Assembly: GCA_964019425.1 (NCBI GenBank)
Contig: OZ025795.1
Span: 186,001-250,000, forward strand
Origin: Flectonema sp. DT1601
Lineage: Eukaryota
Length of the DNA stretch: 64,000 nucleotides
Direction: 5' to 3'
A program made the translations under genes and the position numbers. This document shows positions 35,765 to 48,066 of the stretch, one piece after another (position 1 is the first letter of the stretch; the number at the start of each line of letters is the position of its first letter). The notes under the pieces were generated by a model. That model ran no database searches. It saw nothing but the letters and a program-made list of their open reading frames with translations, and had not been told where the DNA came from.

Positions 35765-36449
35765 TTCGTTTTTTTGTTGTAAAACTCCTGTTTCAATAAT
35801 TAACTTCATCGTGTTCTATTGATTTCCGTAATAACTCGTTTTTTTTTTTTTTTTTTTTTTGAGATAGCATCTCTGTAAAACAAATCCAGAAAATAATAAT
35901 AAATAAATACCGCTTTAAAAAAAATACGACCGTTGTCTTTTTTTTTTTTTTTTTTTTTTTTCCTTCTTCGTAGTTAAAATAAATTAATTAACGAACAGAA
36001 TGAGTCTTTTTGATTAACAGGATTGAACTCACAGCATTTTTTCTTTTTTTTTCCAATTGAGTGTTAACAGACCAACGCGTACTAACTTAGTTAATCAAAA
36101 CAGTACAATCTCAATAGAAGCTTTTTGATCAGCCGCTGTGTTCTCGGATGATTTAAACAAACATACTTGATAAGTCAAATATTCTTCGTCTTATCACAAA
36201 AGTGATTGAAACAGACGTCTACCTCGATCAGTCGATAAGCCGAAGTTATTGCAAACACAATATTCGGCTACAAGTTAAAGTCTTCCATTCATATTTTAAT
36301 AAGAACAAGTTAAATAGCTCCGACCTAATGCAGAGAATCGTTACAATCGTTACAAACAACAATAACCTTCAGTCACACTCGAGTATCAGACGTCGTAAAA
36401 CAACAGCAGAGCTGTGAAACATTTTTCTCTTCATTAGAAGATATACAAC

Positions 36450-36480
<31 letters not shown>

Positions 36481-36481
36481 G

Positions 36482-36725
36482 ATGTTACGATTCCCTTGGG
36501 ATAATAATTCCTCGAGTTTCAGGATGCGAGAAGCCGATCTCAACAGATTCCGTAATCGATGTTACAATATACGACATCAAACAAAAATACAAAAACACAA
36601 AAACACAAAAAAAAAAAAGAGAAAAAAACGCCGTTATAACGGTTCCTTTTGGAATAACAATTCCTCGTGTTTCAGGATGCGAGACCAAAGATTCCGCAAT
36701 CGATATTATAATTTATAACATCAAA
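36482..36725. repeat. Diverged ~100-bp direct duplication separated by an A-rich spacer
   Basis: Both copies share AATTCCTCG(A/T)GTTTCAGGATGCGAGA and AGATTCCG(T/C)AATCGAT. Confidence 0.7.
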
Positions 36726-37132
36726 CAAAAAAAAGAAAATACAAACACAAACACAAAAAAAAATAATAACATAATACCTCTCTACTTGCTGATGAAGTTA
36801 CAAGCCAGTCAGGCGTCATTCTGTTCCATTAATAGGTAGTCGGTATTAATTAAGAACAACCAAAGGATAGAGAGCCACGACGAACCTAATCTGATAGAAG
36901 AGTATTCCGAAATAATAATTTCAAAAAAAAAAAAAAAAAAGGAAAAGAAGTGTTTGATGAGAGAGGAGTGAGATGGCAATTGCATCGGCTGCAAATACCT
37001 TACCCAATAAAAAAAAAAAAACAGCAGAATACAAAAAAAACTGATCACCTCTCGAAAGAATCCGTCACGGAGATAATATCATTAAATGTTACCTCAAAAA
37101 AACAAAGACGAGATCCATCTCAAAGAACCGAG

Positions 37133-38374
37133 CTAATAAACTTCTCTCCAACCAGCCCAGAAACCATAACAGAGAGCGAATATAAAACCATAAACAAGAA
37201 TACATCCATGGAACCTCGGAGTTAATACAATATAAAGATGCCAACCACGAGGATCATGAAATGATAAATAAAAAATAAGATACAAACATCCAAGAAGAGT
37301 TGAAATAAACAAATCCGCTGACGTCAGGTGTCGACGACCTCCACCAACTCCCATGTGATCCATTCCAGCGATGATGATATTCAAAAAGTGAACGTTTACT
37401 GGAAACCAATCAGTTTGCCATTTTAAAAATTCAATTCTTTGATCTTTCGTTTTCAAAATGAAAATTAAAGCAATTGGAAATATAACAACCCACCAAATAC
37501 CAACAACTGTTGACGCTCCTGTTAATGCTGGTGATCGAAGGTATTCGGCTACCCTTTCATATGGTTTTATCCATGTTCCAAGACCAGATAAGATCAATCG
37601 AAGTGTTAGTATATTCCAACTAGACATTGTGTAAGATGTCATTAGTACTTTTCGAAACATCTCTTTATCAGTTGTAAAGAATCGATAGATAGTTAAGCAA
37701 AGCATGTATGTTCCAAGAAGTAATCTCCAAATACCTCCAGCTGTTGTATTCCCTTCAAGGTCTTTACCTGATGTTCCTATAGGATATTGATCATAGCCTT
37801 CTTGAAATAAAGCAGCTATAAGAATTCCACAAAGAAATAATGATATAATTGCTACTGGAGACCATGGTCCTGCTCTTGCCCAATATGGTATGGCATTAAA
37901 CTCTGGAAACTCGTACACATCAATCCTCGTTTTCTTTTCGAATGTTGAGTCTGGTGTTTTCTTCTTCTCCTCCCAGTGAGGGTAAGCAGAAGGATTATTT
38001 TTAGTGTTTTTCACTTTCAAGGGAGTTCTAAGTACGGTGTTTATCTTACCACATACCCAAGCTCCTCCCTTTACAGTCATCCAGCCAAGATCACCTAATT
38101 TTGAATAAACTGGATATCCGTCTGACACTAATGAAGTTTTTACGTAGTTTCCGTCCATTCCAACTCGAGTGTTGTATACGCGCACCTCCGACGGTAGCTG
38201 CATTTCATGATTGATGGCAGCTTCTGTGAGAATCGCTAATCCTGCTTTGTAGCCGTTAACCTTCGGCATGCTTGATATTTCAACATCATTACTTTCTTGA
38301 GCATCGCCATTGTGTCCTTCTTCTATGTCATTCGGTGATTCGTCTTCGTCGGGTGCATTCTTTGTTTCGCACAT
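37133..38374 (-). CDS. Multi-pass membrane protein of unknown function
   Basis: 413-aa ORF from MCETKN with ~7 hydrophobic segments in the C-terminal half. Confidence 0.75.
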   Translation of the reverse strand: MCETKNAPDEDESPNDIEEGHNGDAQESNDVEISSMPKVNGYKAGLAILTEAAINHEMQLPSEVRVYNTRVGMDGNYVKTSLVSDGYPVYSKLGDLGWMTVKGGAWVCGKINTVLRTPLKVKNTKNNPSAYPHWEEKKKTPDSTFEKKTRIDVYEFPEFNAIPYWARAGPWSPVAIISLFLCGILIAALFQEGYDQYPIGTSGKDLEGNTTAGGIWRLLLGTYMLCLTIYRFFTTDKEMFRKVLMTSYTMSSWNILTLRLILSGLGTWIKPYERVAEYLRSPALTGASTVVGIWWVVIFPIALIFILKTKDQRIEFLKWQTDWFPVNVHFLNIIIAGMDHMGVGGGRRHLTSADLFISTLLGCLYLIFYLSFHDPRGWHLYIVLTPRFHGCILVYGFIFALCYGFWAGWREVY

Positions 38375-38601
38375 CTTCTGATGATACAATATACTGAATA
38401 ATGATGTAATGATAGAGAACAAACGATAACAATAATTGATTATTTTGATGCGGATTGGCTGCAAGAAATTAAGTAATTTATTTCAATGAAGCCACCAAGT
38501 AGGACTCTGTGTATGTTAATAAAAAGACTAAATAAAAAAAACTACAGTACAAAATAACAGAAGGGGGGTTAGAGGATATAAATAACATGTTAGGGATGGT
38601 T

Positions 38602-39060
38602 CTATACTCCAGCTATGACATCGACCTTCGTACCTCCTAAAGAATGAACTCGGCATTTATGCTTCTCAAGGAACGTCTGCAGTCTATTGAAGGCATATAT
38701 TTCATCCCGAATACGCGTTCGTTCCTTCAGTTGACTTCGCCTAAGCTCAGCCTGAGATTTGGTAAACTCTTCAACGCGCTGCTGCTGTGTTGCAGCTCTC
38801 GATTTTCTTGTTGGAGATGCATAAGAAGCACATGACTGCTCTACCAAACTGCTTGGTACTTTATAAAGTGTTTTAGGTGACAGCAATGCCTCCTTAACAG
38901 GAACTACATCATCACTATACACACTACTACTGCAGCTTGATGTAAAGTCAACAAACTCACTGAACTCTGATCCAGGTGGTGATGGTGTTGTCATCCTCCC
39001 CAATGGGGGTGACATCGGTGGAGGTATTTCATCATTACTTCTGCTGAAGAAATTTCCCAT
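38602..39060 (-). CDS. Hypothetical protein, possibly N-myristoylated
   Basis: 152-aa ORF starting MGNFFS (MGxxxS), with a coiled-coil-like C-terminus. Confidence 0.65.
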   Translation of the reverse strand: MGNFFSRSNDEIPPPMSPPLGRMTTPSPPGSEFSEFVDFTSSCSSSVYSDDVVPVKEALLSPKTLYKVPSSLVEQSCASYASPTRKSRAATQQQRVEEFTKSQAELRRSQLKERTRIRDEIYAFNRLQTFLEKHKCRVHSLGGTKVDVIAGV

Positions 39061-39337
39061 TTATTTATCTTTAAAAGATCATTTCTTTTTTTTGAGAGAA
39101 GAATATAACATAAAATAAAAACTCTTATAAGCTTTTCAAATAAACTGAGCTACTCTTCACCAGTGGATCTTGTGATGGATGCTTAAAAACTAAAAAGTGT
39201 AAATCAAAAATTGTACTCGGAACGCGCAGTGCCGCTCCTCGCAAATAGCAGGGTAACTAACTAACTAACTGACTGACTGACCACAAAACAATAATAGTAT
39301 GAAGGAATAATACCGCAACACTGTTGAAGAATTATTC

Positions 39338-39684
39338 TCAAGGATGCCATTCACAGTATGATAAGCCAGATGCTTTCTGTTGTGTTGTTGAATGGAATGT
39401 TGTTATTAAATTGGTATTCCTTTTAATAATAAAAAGTATACCTTTTCTACTAACCTGCCAGCGTGTTTGTCTTCTTTGCTGTAAAGTGGAACTGTCGCAA
39501 GAAGACCCGACAATGCACCGATTGACGCTCCAGCAACAGTAGCGCCAGTTGCTATTTCACCCATCATGAATGCAGCTGCTGATCCTCCTCCCATTGCGCC
39601 ACCAGCCATTCCAATCGCATTCTCAGGTTTTGCATTGTGAACTACACACGGACTTTCCTTTGTACATTCCCTACCGCATCCCAT
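39338..39684 (-). CDS. Small Gly/Ala-rich membrane protein with Cys/His-rich termini (2 exons)
   Basis: ORF 39406-39684 splices at AAG|GTATAC to the exon KASGLSYCEWHP*. Confidence 0.55.
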
Positions 39685-39955
39685 GTGTGTGGGTTACCCT
39701 TCTCTTTTTGTTAATGTGTAAATACCAACCTGTTTGATGGGAAATAATATAAATTAGTTTACAGATCTTCGTCTTCTCTAATTGTTGTCTGCATCTCATA
39801 CTACGACCTGGTTAAGTTTAAATTATAAAACACAAAAAACCTCACTATGATTACCCAACGAGTAGTAACGCCCGCGTGTTTAGCAATTGTACCGCAATAG
39901 AGAGGCATACAGGCTAGTGGATAAGAAACAAAAGTTACTGATTTTCGTTAGGCGG

Positions 39956-42881
39956 CTACGAGTCTAGAAAGTTCTGTGTTGGGTTGGTGTTGTTTTATTT
40001 ATTTATTTTTATATAACATAACAAATCTCAAACAGTAATGGCAAACCTTAATGTGGTCTGAGGCAGATGTTGTGGTGACTTCTCGCAATTCTGATAGAGA
40101 GTCGATCATTGAGTTGATGTCTTCTTTTAGTGGAATCCATCTCCTATGTTTGTTTAATTTATATATAAAAAATGTTTTTTTATATTTTTTAAAAACAATA
40201 ATAAAACAAACAAACCTATCAGTAGATGCCGTAATTTTTGTACTAATCGGAATTTCGTCAATATTTTTATTATTCGTCGGAGATGAGATGGTAATTGGTT
40301 CTATCAGGTCAGTTGGTAACATCGATTTCAAAACAGAAATTATTTGTATTCTCAATTCAAACAGTGTATTAGTTATAGACTTTGACTCATCTTGTTGAGA
40401 TTCTCTGAGTGAACTGCGAACCACATGTAAAAGTAATCCTTTCAGTGACACCATCAGAACGTCTCTATATTTATACGATTCAAAATCAACGTCTTTCGCA
40501 CCTGCTTCAAGAGCTTGTGCAACACCACGTGCTGCTAACGGAAGTGTAAGTGATGCTCGTGGAAATTTTGTTAGGGCTGAAAGGGCCCAACAAGCCTGTA
40601 TACGAACTTTAAAATTAACTTCTGTATGTAATATCACACACAATCTTGATACCAATCGTGCTAAAGACTCGATGCTGGCATCAGTCTGACGCAGGGTAGG
40701 GTTGCGGAATATTTGTGCTACAGCGTAAGCTGTATTCCAACGAACTTTAACGTTTGGGTCGTCAAATTCCATGAGAAGAGCCTGCAAGACTTCTTCAATT
40801 TTTCCCTCGTAGAGGAGGCCGCTGTTTCCGAGTGCTCGAACGACGTTCCAGGGAGTCTTACCATTATACTTTCCTAGTTGGTGGACACATGTGTGGACTA
40901 CTTTTGATATTATGTGTTGATCTCCAACTCCCATTGTCTCACGCATCTGATCACAGAATGACGCTATTGCCCAAGCAGCCTTCTGATGAAGACCTTGTTG
41001 ACTCACTTCAAACATACTTAATAATACATCCGCAACTACCTTTCGTCTTTCCATTATTCTTTTTGAAGGAGCCCAGCTTCCTAATACTCTCGCAACTGCT
41101 CCACGTGTGGCGGGATTACCAGAAGAAGAACTAATTACAATATCAAATAATGTACTAAATTCTGTTTCAGGAATAGAATCAAGTAACGAAGGTGGGATGT
41201 TTCCGAGAACAGCAATCGCATGACTTTTAACTGCGGCTACGGCATCATTACAAAGAGGAACGACAATAGAGAGCATAATTTTGATTAGAATTTTAGGCTT
41301 TCCAGCTAAGACACATCTGTTGGTGACCATTTCAGCTCCAGTTGGTCTTCGCTGAAGAGAACCAGCCTGAGTTATTGTATCTGACGAAGCACCTGGTGGT
41401 AGAATCGCTGGTCCAAAACAACTAAAATCAATAACAGGTATCTCATCACTTGATCCCAACACAGTTGGAACACCTTCCGAAACTGTACTTAGAAATGTTA
41501 AAGTAATCAACCTCGAAGTCTGATCAATCCCTTCTTGTAACACTCTTACTAAATCTAATAATGTTTCCCAATGTTTCTCAACTACTTCTGGATAGTTGTG
41601 TGCTGCTGCTGTCCATAACTTTATTGATTCGTATCTGTAAGCAACAGGAGATCCCTGTCTTGCTATAGAACAGGTCTGTTCATGAAGATAAGTACAAGTT
41701 TTGAAAGACAACTCCATCTCCGGAAAGGGTCTTTTTGTTCCAAGCATAGCAGCCAGTAGTTGGATTGCTGCGATGACGACTCCCTTTTCTCTTTGCAACG
41801 GACAAACCAACGCTGCAATCGTTGGTAGTAATTCAGAACAGCTTTTAGCTAAGTTAGGAAGTGAATGGAAGGGAGTAACATTTACAATTGCTTGTAAAAG
41901 ATGCAAGACTGCTGTCAGGTATTGAGGACTCGTATCTGGTTGTTTAACAGCAAACACTGCATTCACATGAGCCTGATACAAAATGCATCCTAATTTCTCA
42001 GAGTACGACATATAAGAACGTGCTTCAGACATTGGAGCTGCTTGAGTCATAATCTGTGTGGTATGTTCTATTAAGTGACATGCAGCATTACTTGCTTGTA
42101 TTCTTACTCTGTGTGAAGGATCGTACAACATCAGTCCCAACAGTGTTGAGTCACCAACACTTACATCATGTTCTGGTAATAGTGATAATGAATGAGCTAG
42201 GATTCCTTGTTTCTTCTTTGGAAAACATGATCTAAAGAATGTATTTAGTGAATTAATTGCATGATAACGTGTTTCTTCTTTAGAGTCTTCGTCTTCCCCA
42301 ACAGATTCCTTAGAAGGAGCAGTCAGAGTATAAGGTCTTAAAGTAGATAGCAGCTTCATGGTTTGCTCATCTGACAACGATGGACACCAAGCAAGTGAAA
42401 TACCTAAAGCTCTAAGAAGGATGGCACAATGTTTATCAGTTAAGTTTAGTTCGATTCTTTCTCTAATTAGTTGCATAGATTTAGTAACAGTTTCTTCACA
42501 AAGAGATGGTGATCGTCCTGCTAGTGTTGGTAGTTGAAGATCAATTCTATAGTCTTGAAGGAGGAGATTAACTTCACTGACAGCGTCTTCAGTGAATTGA
42601 CCTCCTCCGAGTAGAATTTGATCTGATTTGCTTATAATTGAACTTCCTCCTCCTCGAGATTTTCTTTTATCAGATCCGTTTGATCGATAACCGTCACTGC
42701 TGTAGTATCCTCTCTTGTCGTTAGGCTTTCCATCTCTCCAATTATCACTGTCCCAACCCGATTTCTTTACTGGCATTGGTCTTCCTGTCTTCTTTAAAAC
42801 TGTTTCTGCATCCACTACTTTAGCTTCACTTTCTTTCTCTTCTCTTGCTTTCCATTTTGGTTGCCACGAAGGTGTGGTCAT
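39956..42881 (-). CDS. HEAT repeat protein, HEATR6-like
   Basis: Motifs LMLYDPSHRVRIQA, SYSEKLG, NVKVRWNTAYA and NFKVRIQA as in the HEATR6 family. Introns at 40144-40215 and near 39974-40046. Confidence 0.75.
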
Positions 42882-43912
42882 CGTTCCGGCTGTTTGAGAA
42901 CAAAATTGAAGGAGAAAAAAAAACCATCCAGAACATCAATACCCATTGACCCAAATCAAGAAGTCACACGAGATTGTTCTTCAGCTGGTTGTGAATGAAA
43001 TAATTAAATAGAGGAAGAAGAAGGTATTCTGGGGTGTCAATGTGGTTTATTAAACGAATTGTCTGTCCAAAAAAAAAAAAAAAAAGTAAGAAAAATCAAA
43101 CGGTTCCATAAAATTCAAATAGTATTGAACTCAGGTAAAGCATCATTTTGAAAATAAAAACAAACTGATGACAAACGAAACACAAAATTTATAAATACCA
43201 AACGCGGAAAAAATGTGACTACTCGTAAGGCGTCGTATTCGTAGGCTTTGAAAACTACGATAAAATAATTTAAAAAAAAGGTTTTGTATTAAAAAAAAAG
43301 AAAAGAACAAAAGAAACTCAATACAATCAATACACATAGGCCGAATGGCAGTCTTCGCTAAATCGCTCGTAGATTTTTTTTTTTTTTTTTTTGAATTTAA
43401 TCTCACAAGGATCGGCACTGAGTTGAAACAGCGATAAAAAAGAACGAAGAAGAAAAGAGACATAAACACATTGTACCCTGGTGATGTTTACAGTGGTCAG
43501 CTTAAGTTAATATTAATATTTATCAGTCAATCAAAAAAAAGCAAAATTTCGTAGGACAACAAACAAGTTGGTTTCGGGCTAAGATTAAAAACAATCTTTC
43601 TTCGGACCATTCCCCTTACCCAGCCCTCTTCAGCGAAGAAAGCAAGGGGGACACTGCGGTGTCCTACTCATCGCGTTTGCCCTTCTCAGCCAAGGGCAAC
43701 ATGGTTATTTCTTTCACCATTTAACACAGTCCCCAGCTTAAGTTAAATAGTCACCAACACGATGAAGTGGTAGCGTAAGTATGACAAGAAAATAGAAATA
43801 AATCAACTATAACTGGACGACCAATGTTATCATTTTCGATAAAAAATTAATAAAAATACAAGTCTGGATTTATTTTTTTGTTGGAATCAAATAACTACAA
43901 CTTCAATACTTC

Positions 43913-46078
43913 TTATCCAGAAGGAAATATTTCCCTACCAGTTGATATGTCAACGACAAGAGTAACAGCAGCTCCCAAACACAAGAACACTAACACCGCA
44001 TAAAATGCATCAGGAAGAGTAATCGCATTCGCAATTTTCCATCCAATTGGAGTACTATTCAAAGATGTAAAGTAAGACAGCGTTGGTGACCATGTGCTGG
44101 GATCAAATTGGATTCGTAAATGAGAAGCTTGCTCTGAAATCCTCCACTCATAGTGATTCAAAAAGTTCGTAAGCATTGATTGTCTTCGGGAATTCCATCC
44201 GCAAAGTAACCAAAAATACACACCTCCTGTCACAAAAAAAGAAGCCAACAGTAAGTCAATATTATCTGACTTATTTTCGTATCGGAGTCTAACTCCCCAT
44301 GCGATTGCTGACGTACAGTTTAACATCAGAAACAATAATATCCATCCCCAAGACTTATTCATTTCCAATTGGAGTAATCTCATTGCACTGCTGCTTTCGA
44401 TTGCAGATCTCCATCCTTTGCCTTGTGAGACGGCGAAGTCGAATCTTGCTTTTGCCTGTTTTGTTGTATGTGTTTATTCCGATTGAATAAAAACATATAA
44501 AAAATAAAAAAAAGAAGAACTGTAATAATCACATACCGTTACTTCAAGTGGCGGTACGGTATCACCAAGTATACTCCATTGAATAACTGAAGTTGATCGG
44601 AAGTGAAGCATTGTACTGTACATCGTCAATAACCCTAGTGGGAGTAGAATCGCTTCAGAGACTTGTCTGCTGTTATCATCAGACATGTTAACGATTACTA
44701 CAACCAGTGATGCCGTCCAATGGCTAAAAACAAATGCTAAAAGAACATAATTTTGATATGAATTGAGAAAATGAACTGCTTGCTTACAACACTGCTTATT
44801 CACCATATTATTTCTATGAGACAACGATGCAAGAAAGGTTCTTGATATCGAACGATACTTATACAGAGATAGGATCTCTTGAAGAACTAACAATACCCAC
44901 ATGGTTCCCAGTAAAGCAGGTCCGTACTCCTTTGGTAAGGAGTGGTGAGATACTGATGAGTCAGGAATAACCCATAAAATTAACAATGAAATATAACCAA
45001 GAATTCGAAGTACTATGACTGCCGGATGATTAATTGCAAAAACTATTTTTGAAAACACAACAGACCATGCTGATGAAGGCCAACGTCTCTTAGCCGACAC
45101 ACTCAAAGGGAATCGACCTTCATTCATGGCCACCGGCAGAAGCGCTTCAGCCTCATCATCCGTCAGGTCATACGAATCGCGCTGTTTCTTTTCTTTCTTC
45201 TTTTTTCTAGAGTCTCTTTTACTTGCCAATGAGACATTTGGAAGGTACGAAGCTGGGGGAGTTACACTTATTTCTGTTTGAAGAATAGGCCTATCAGCAG
45301 TTAAACTCAACCCTGCAACAGGCTGCAGTGAACCATTTCCATTATTAACAATATCATAATTAGGTGGTGGTTGAGACGTAGGAGAAGGATCAAATGAATT
45401 GTTTTGAGTGTCGTAATTATCGATGTCATCATCCGATGGGTTTGGTGAGATGACACCACCGTGTTTCTTTCTTGTGATCTCAATATAGTATAACGTAGCA
45501 TCAGTACATCCTTCGAAGTTCGCATCCCTAGCTGGAGCTGCGATAAATAGCCGTTCTCGTTTTTTCGAACCCACAAGCTCAGCTAAAATTGAATTCTGAT
45601 CTACACACTCTGCTAATGACAGCTGGCATTTTTCGTTAACTTTTTCTTCTAGAGAGAAGCACCAGCCTTCTCTGCGGATGTCAAAGGCAATCAAATTAAC
45701 ACGAAGGAGATCTTGCTTCGTTAGTGGTGGTCCAACTCCAGGCTTATGAGTACATTTCATCCTCGCTATACTACCACTAGCTAACCAAGAACAGACGACG
45801 TATTTTTGATAGAATTCCATTCCCTCATCGTCAAAGTAGACTTTCACTACAGCACCTCCGTTCATGGTAAATTCAAACCAAAGTTCTTCTCCAGAACGTA
45901 ATTCTATTGGTGTTGGAGGGTTGCATTTTCCTGATATTTCTAACGTGTGAGTTAATCCGTCAGATGATATCGACAGCGTGTACACACCTCCCTTTCGATA
46001 TATTACTACCTCACCTTCTCTTTCTCTCTCAAAGTTTACCAAAGCGAGGGAGTTGTAGAGGTCAAGTGTATCATCCAT
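43913..46078 (-). CDS. Multi-pass membrane protein with a soluble N-terminal region (2 exons)
   Basis: ORFs 44474-46078 and 43913-44383 join through a GTATGT...AAACAG intron at ~44456-44536. Confidence 0.7.
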
Positions 46079-46284
46079 TTTTGTTACTTATATTTGTTTT
46101 GGTGTTTTCTTTTTTTTTTCGCGTACGATACTCCCAGCTGGTTGGTTAGAAAGTTAACTTTAGAATTTTGACATAGTAAAAAAAAAAGAAATACGAAATT
46201 ACTCTCTTCTCTTTTAATGACAAAAAAGTTATTTAGACTAATCTAAATAATGAATTGTCAAAAAAAATAATCTCTCAAAAACTA

Positions 46285-46665
46285 CTATTGAATACGTATG
46301 CTAAGAGCATCCTTAAGGTAACCTTTCTCATTCTCATGGAATATCTGATTAAGTTCATCCTCTACAGGTAATATAGGTTTTGTAAAACTACTGTCACCCC
46401 ACAACACTAACCATCCAGCTGTTTCTTCAATCCATACTTTTTTTCCAACAAGGCTCTCCCACCCGCTTGTTTCTATTAGGGCTGTCTTTTTATCTAACAA
46501 ATGACACTGTCTAGCGCAGTTATAGTAACCAACTACTCCAGACTTCTCTTGACTACCATGGTGACCAGGAGCGTATATGTGCTGGGCTTTGTATGTATCA
46601 TCAGCTATGGTCAGGGACAGTGACACTACCAACATCAATACCCTTACTATTGACGCGAACTTCAT
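46285..46665 (-). CDS. Small secreted hypothetical protein
   Basis: MKFASIVRVLMLVVSLSLTIA signal peptide; 126 aa. Confidence 0.6.
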   Translation of the reverse strand: MKFASIVRVLMLVVSLSLTIADDTYKAQHIYAPGHHGSQEKSGVVGYYNCARQCHLLDKKTALIETSGWESLVGKKVWIEETAGWLVLWGDSSFTKPILPVEDELNQIFHENEKGYLKDALSIRIQ

Positions 46666-48066
46666 ATTTTTGAAATCAACGCTTGTGTAGAGAATAGAAG
46701 GCAATGGATAGAATACAACTTTGTGCACTAAATCAAAAAGATAGAATACGTAGCCCAGTCCACAAGATCTGATTTCTTAATGTCCATCGGTGCTCGCCAT
46801 GACTGGCTTGCATATATTTACTGATAAAAAGTTAACTAATTAAGAAGCAACACTACACTACATTCAATCTAAGGACTGTACGACTTATATGGATGGCTAT
46901 GATTTGATGAAGCCGTCGGGGAACTGGACACCAAAAAAGGGGGAACTACGTGCGGGTGAAACAAAAGACAAATAAGTTGTTCATCACAAGAACTCTGTGT
47001 CTTTTCTTAAGTAAGGCCAATACTCCTTTAAGTATCCAGGATAAGGCTTCTTCCAAAGATATTGATCACATCAAAAAGAAGAAAAAAAACGAGAAAAAAA
47101 GGACAGAAAGACCCTCTCTCAACAAGCAGAATTAATGAACCTAAACATACCACCTCACACGCCCACAAAAGCCAATAATTAGTTCTTTTTTTTTTTTTTT
47201 TGTGGGCACAGTGACCCCGGTCCGAAGGAGTGAAGTAACAGAAATGCAAATGGGATGGGGAAAAGGTCTAAAACACAATTATTAGAATACGCGCTGAACA
47301 GCGCCTCGAGAAAGCCGCTCACGTAGCGGTGATCAGTAGAAAGTTACAACACTCACTCGTATTGCTGAATTGTAAGGGACTTGCCGAACAGGTGTATCAA
47401 CACCTATTTGACACACCGCTAGAGGTGACGCAAGAGGCTCAACAGATATTATTGTGTTAGCCTATTCTCTAACGTACGCAGATTCAATTCAGAATTTACT
47501 CCCAGTCGACTGCTTTGACATAACTGTTCAGTTTCTGGACGAAAACTGTAAATCCGGTTAGACCGCAAGAACTAGCATACAAAGGTTGTTCGGTTTTTTA
47601 AAAGAAAAAAAACGTGTTATTATGAAATGTTGAAATTTTGCATTTTTGGTGTTCCAGTCCCCCACATGATTTTTACGGGAGGGAGTGGTGAAACAGAATC
47701 GAAGAAAGGAAAAAGATTACACTATAGAAAAGGAATGAAAAAAAAAAAAAAAAATGGGGGGAAAAAAAGAAACAATGCCGAGGAGTCAGCTCTCCTCCCA
47801 CAGAGGTAAGGGATACCTTTCCTCTTTCTTGTCTATCTAGTTATTTTTCTCTCCTTTATTTGTGTTGAGTCAACGGCGAATGTAAACACTTTCAAGAATA
47901 GGCACAAATCTACACAAATAGCCATATCTACTATCTACCTGGCTTTCAACTGTACTGCTTCGTGGGTACTCCACGATGGGCAGCTCAGCTGCAAGACTGA
48001 CTAGTCTTGTGCTTGGCTATCCGTGAACTAAGACAGTTTTAGTACTACGCTGTCACAAACATATTA

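Noticed and set aside
36120..36196. Possible solitary C/D snoRNA (GTGATAA...CTGA, minus strand)
   Set aside because: Degenerate C box and no recognisable rRNA complement.
43585..43635. Hammerhead-like CTGAAGA...CGAA core (minus strand)
   Set aside because: GAAG instead of GAAA, and no convincing stems I and III.
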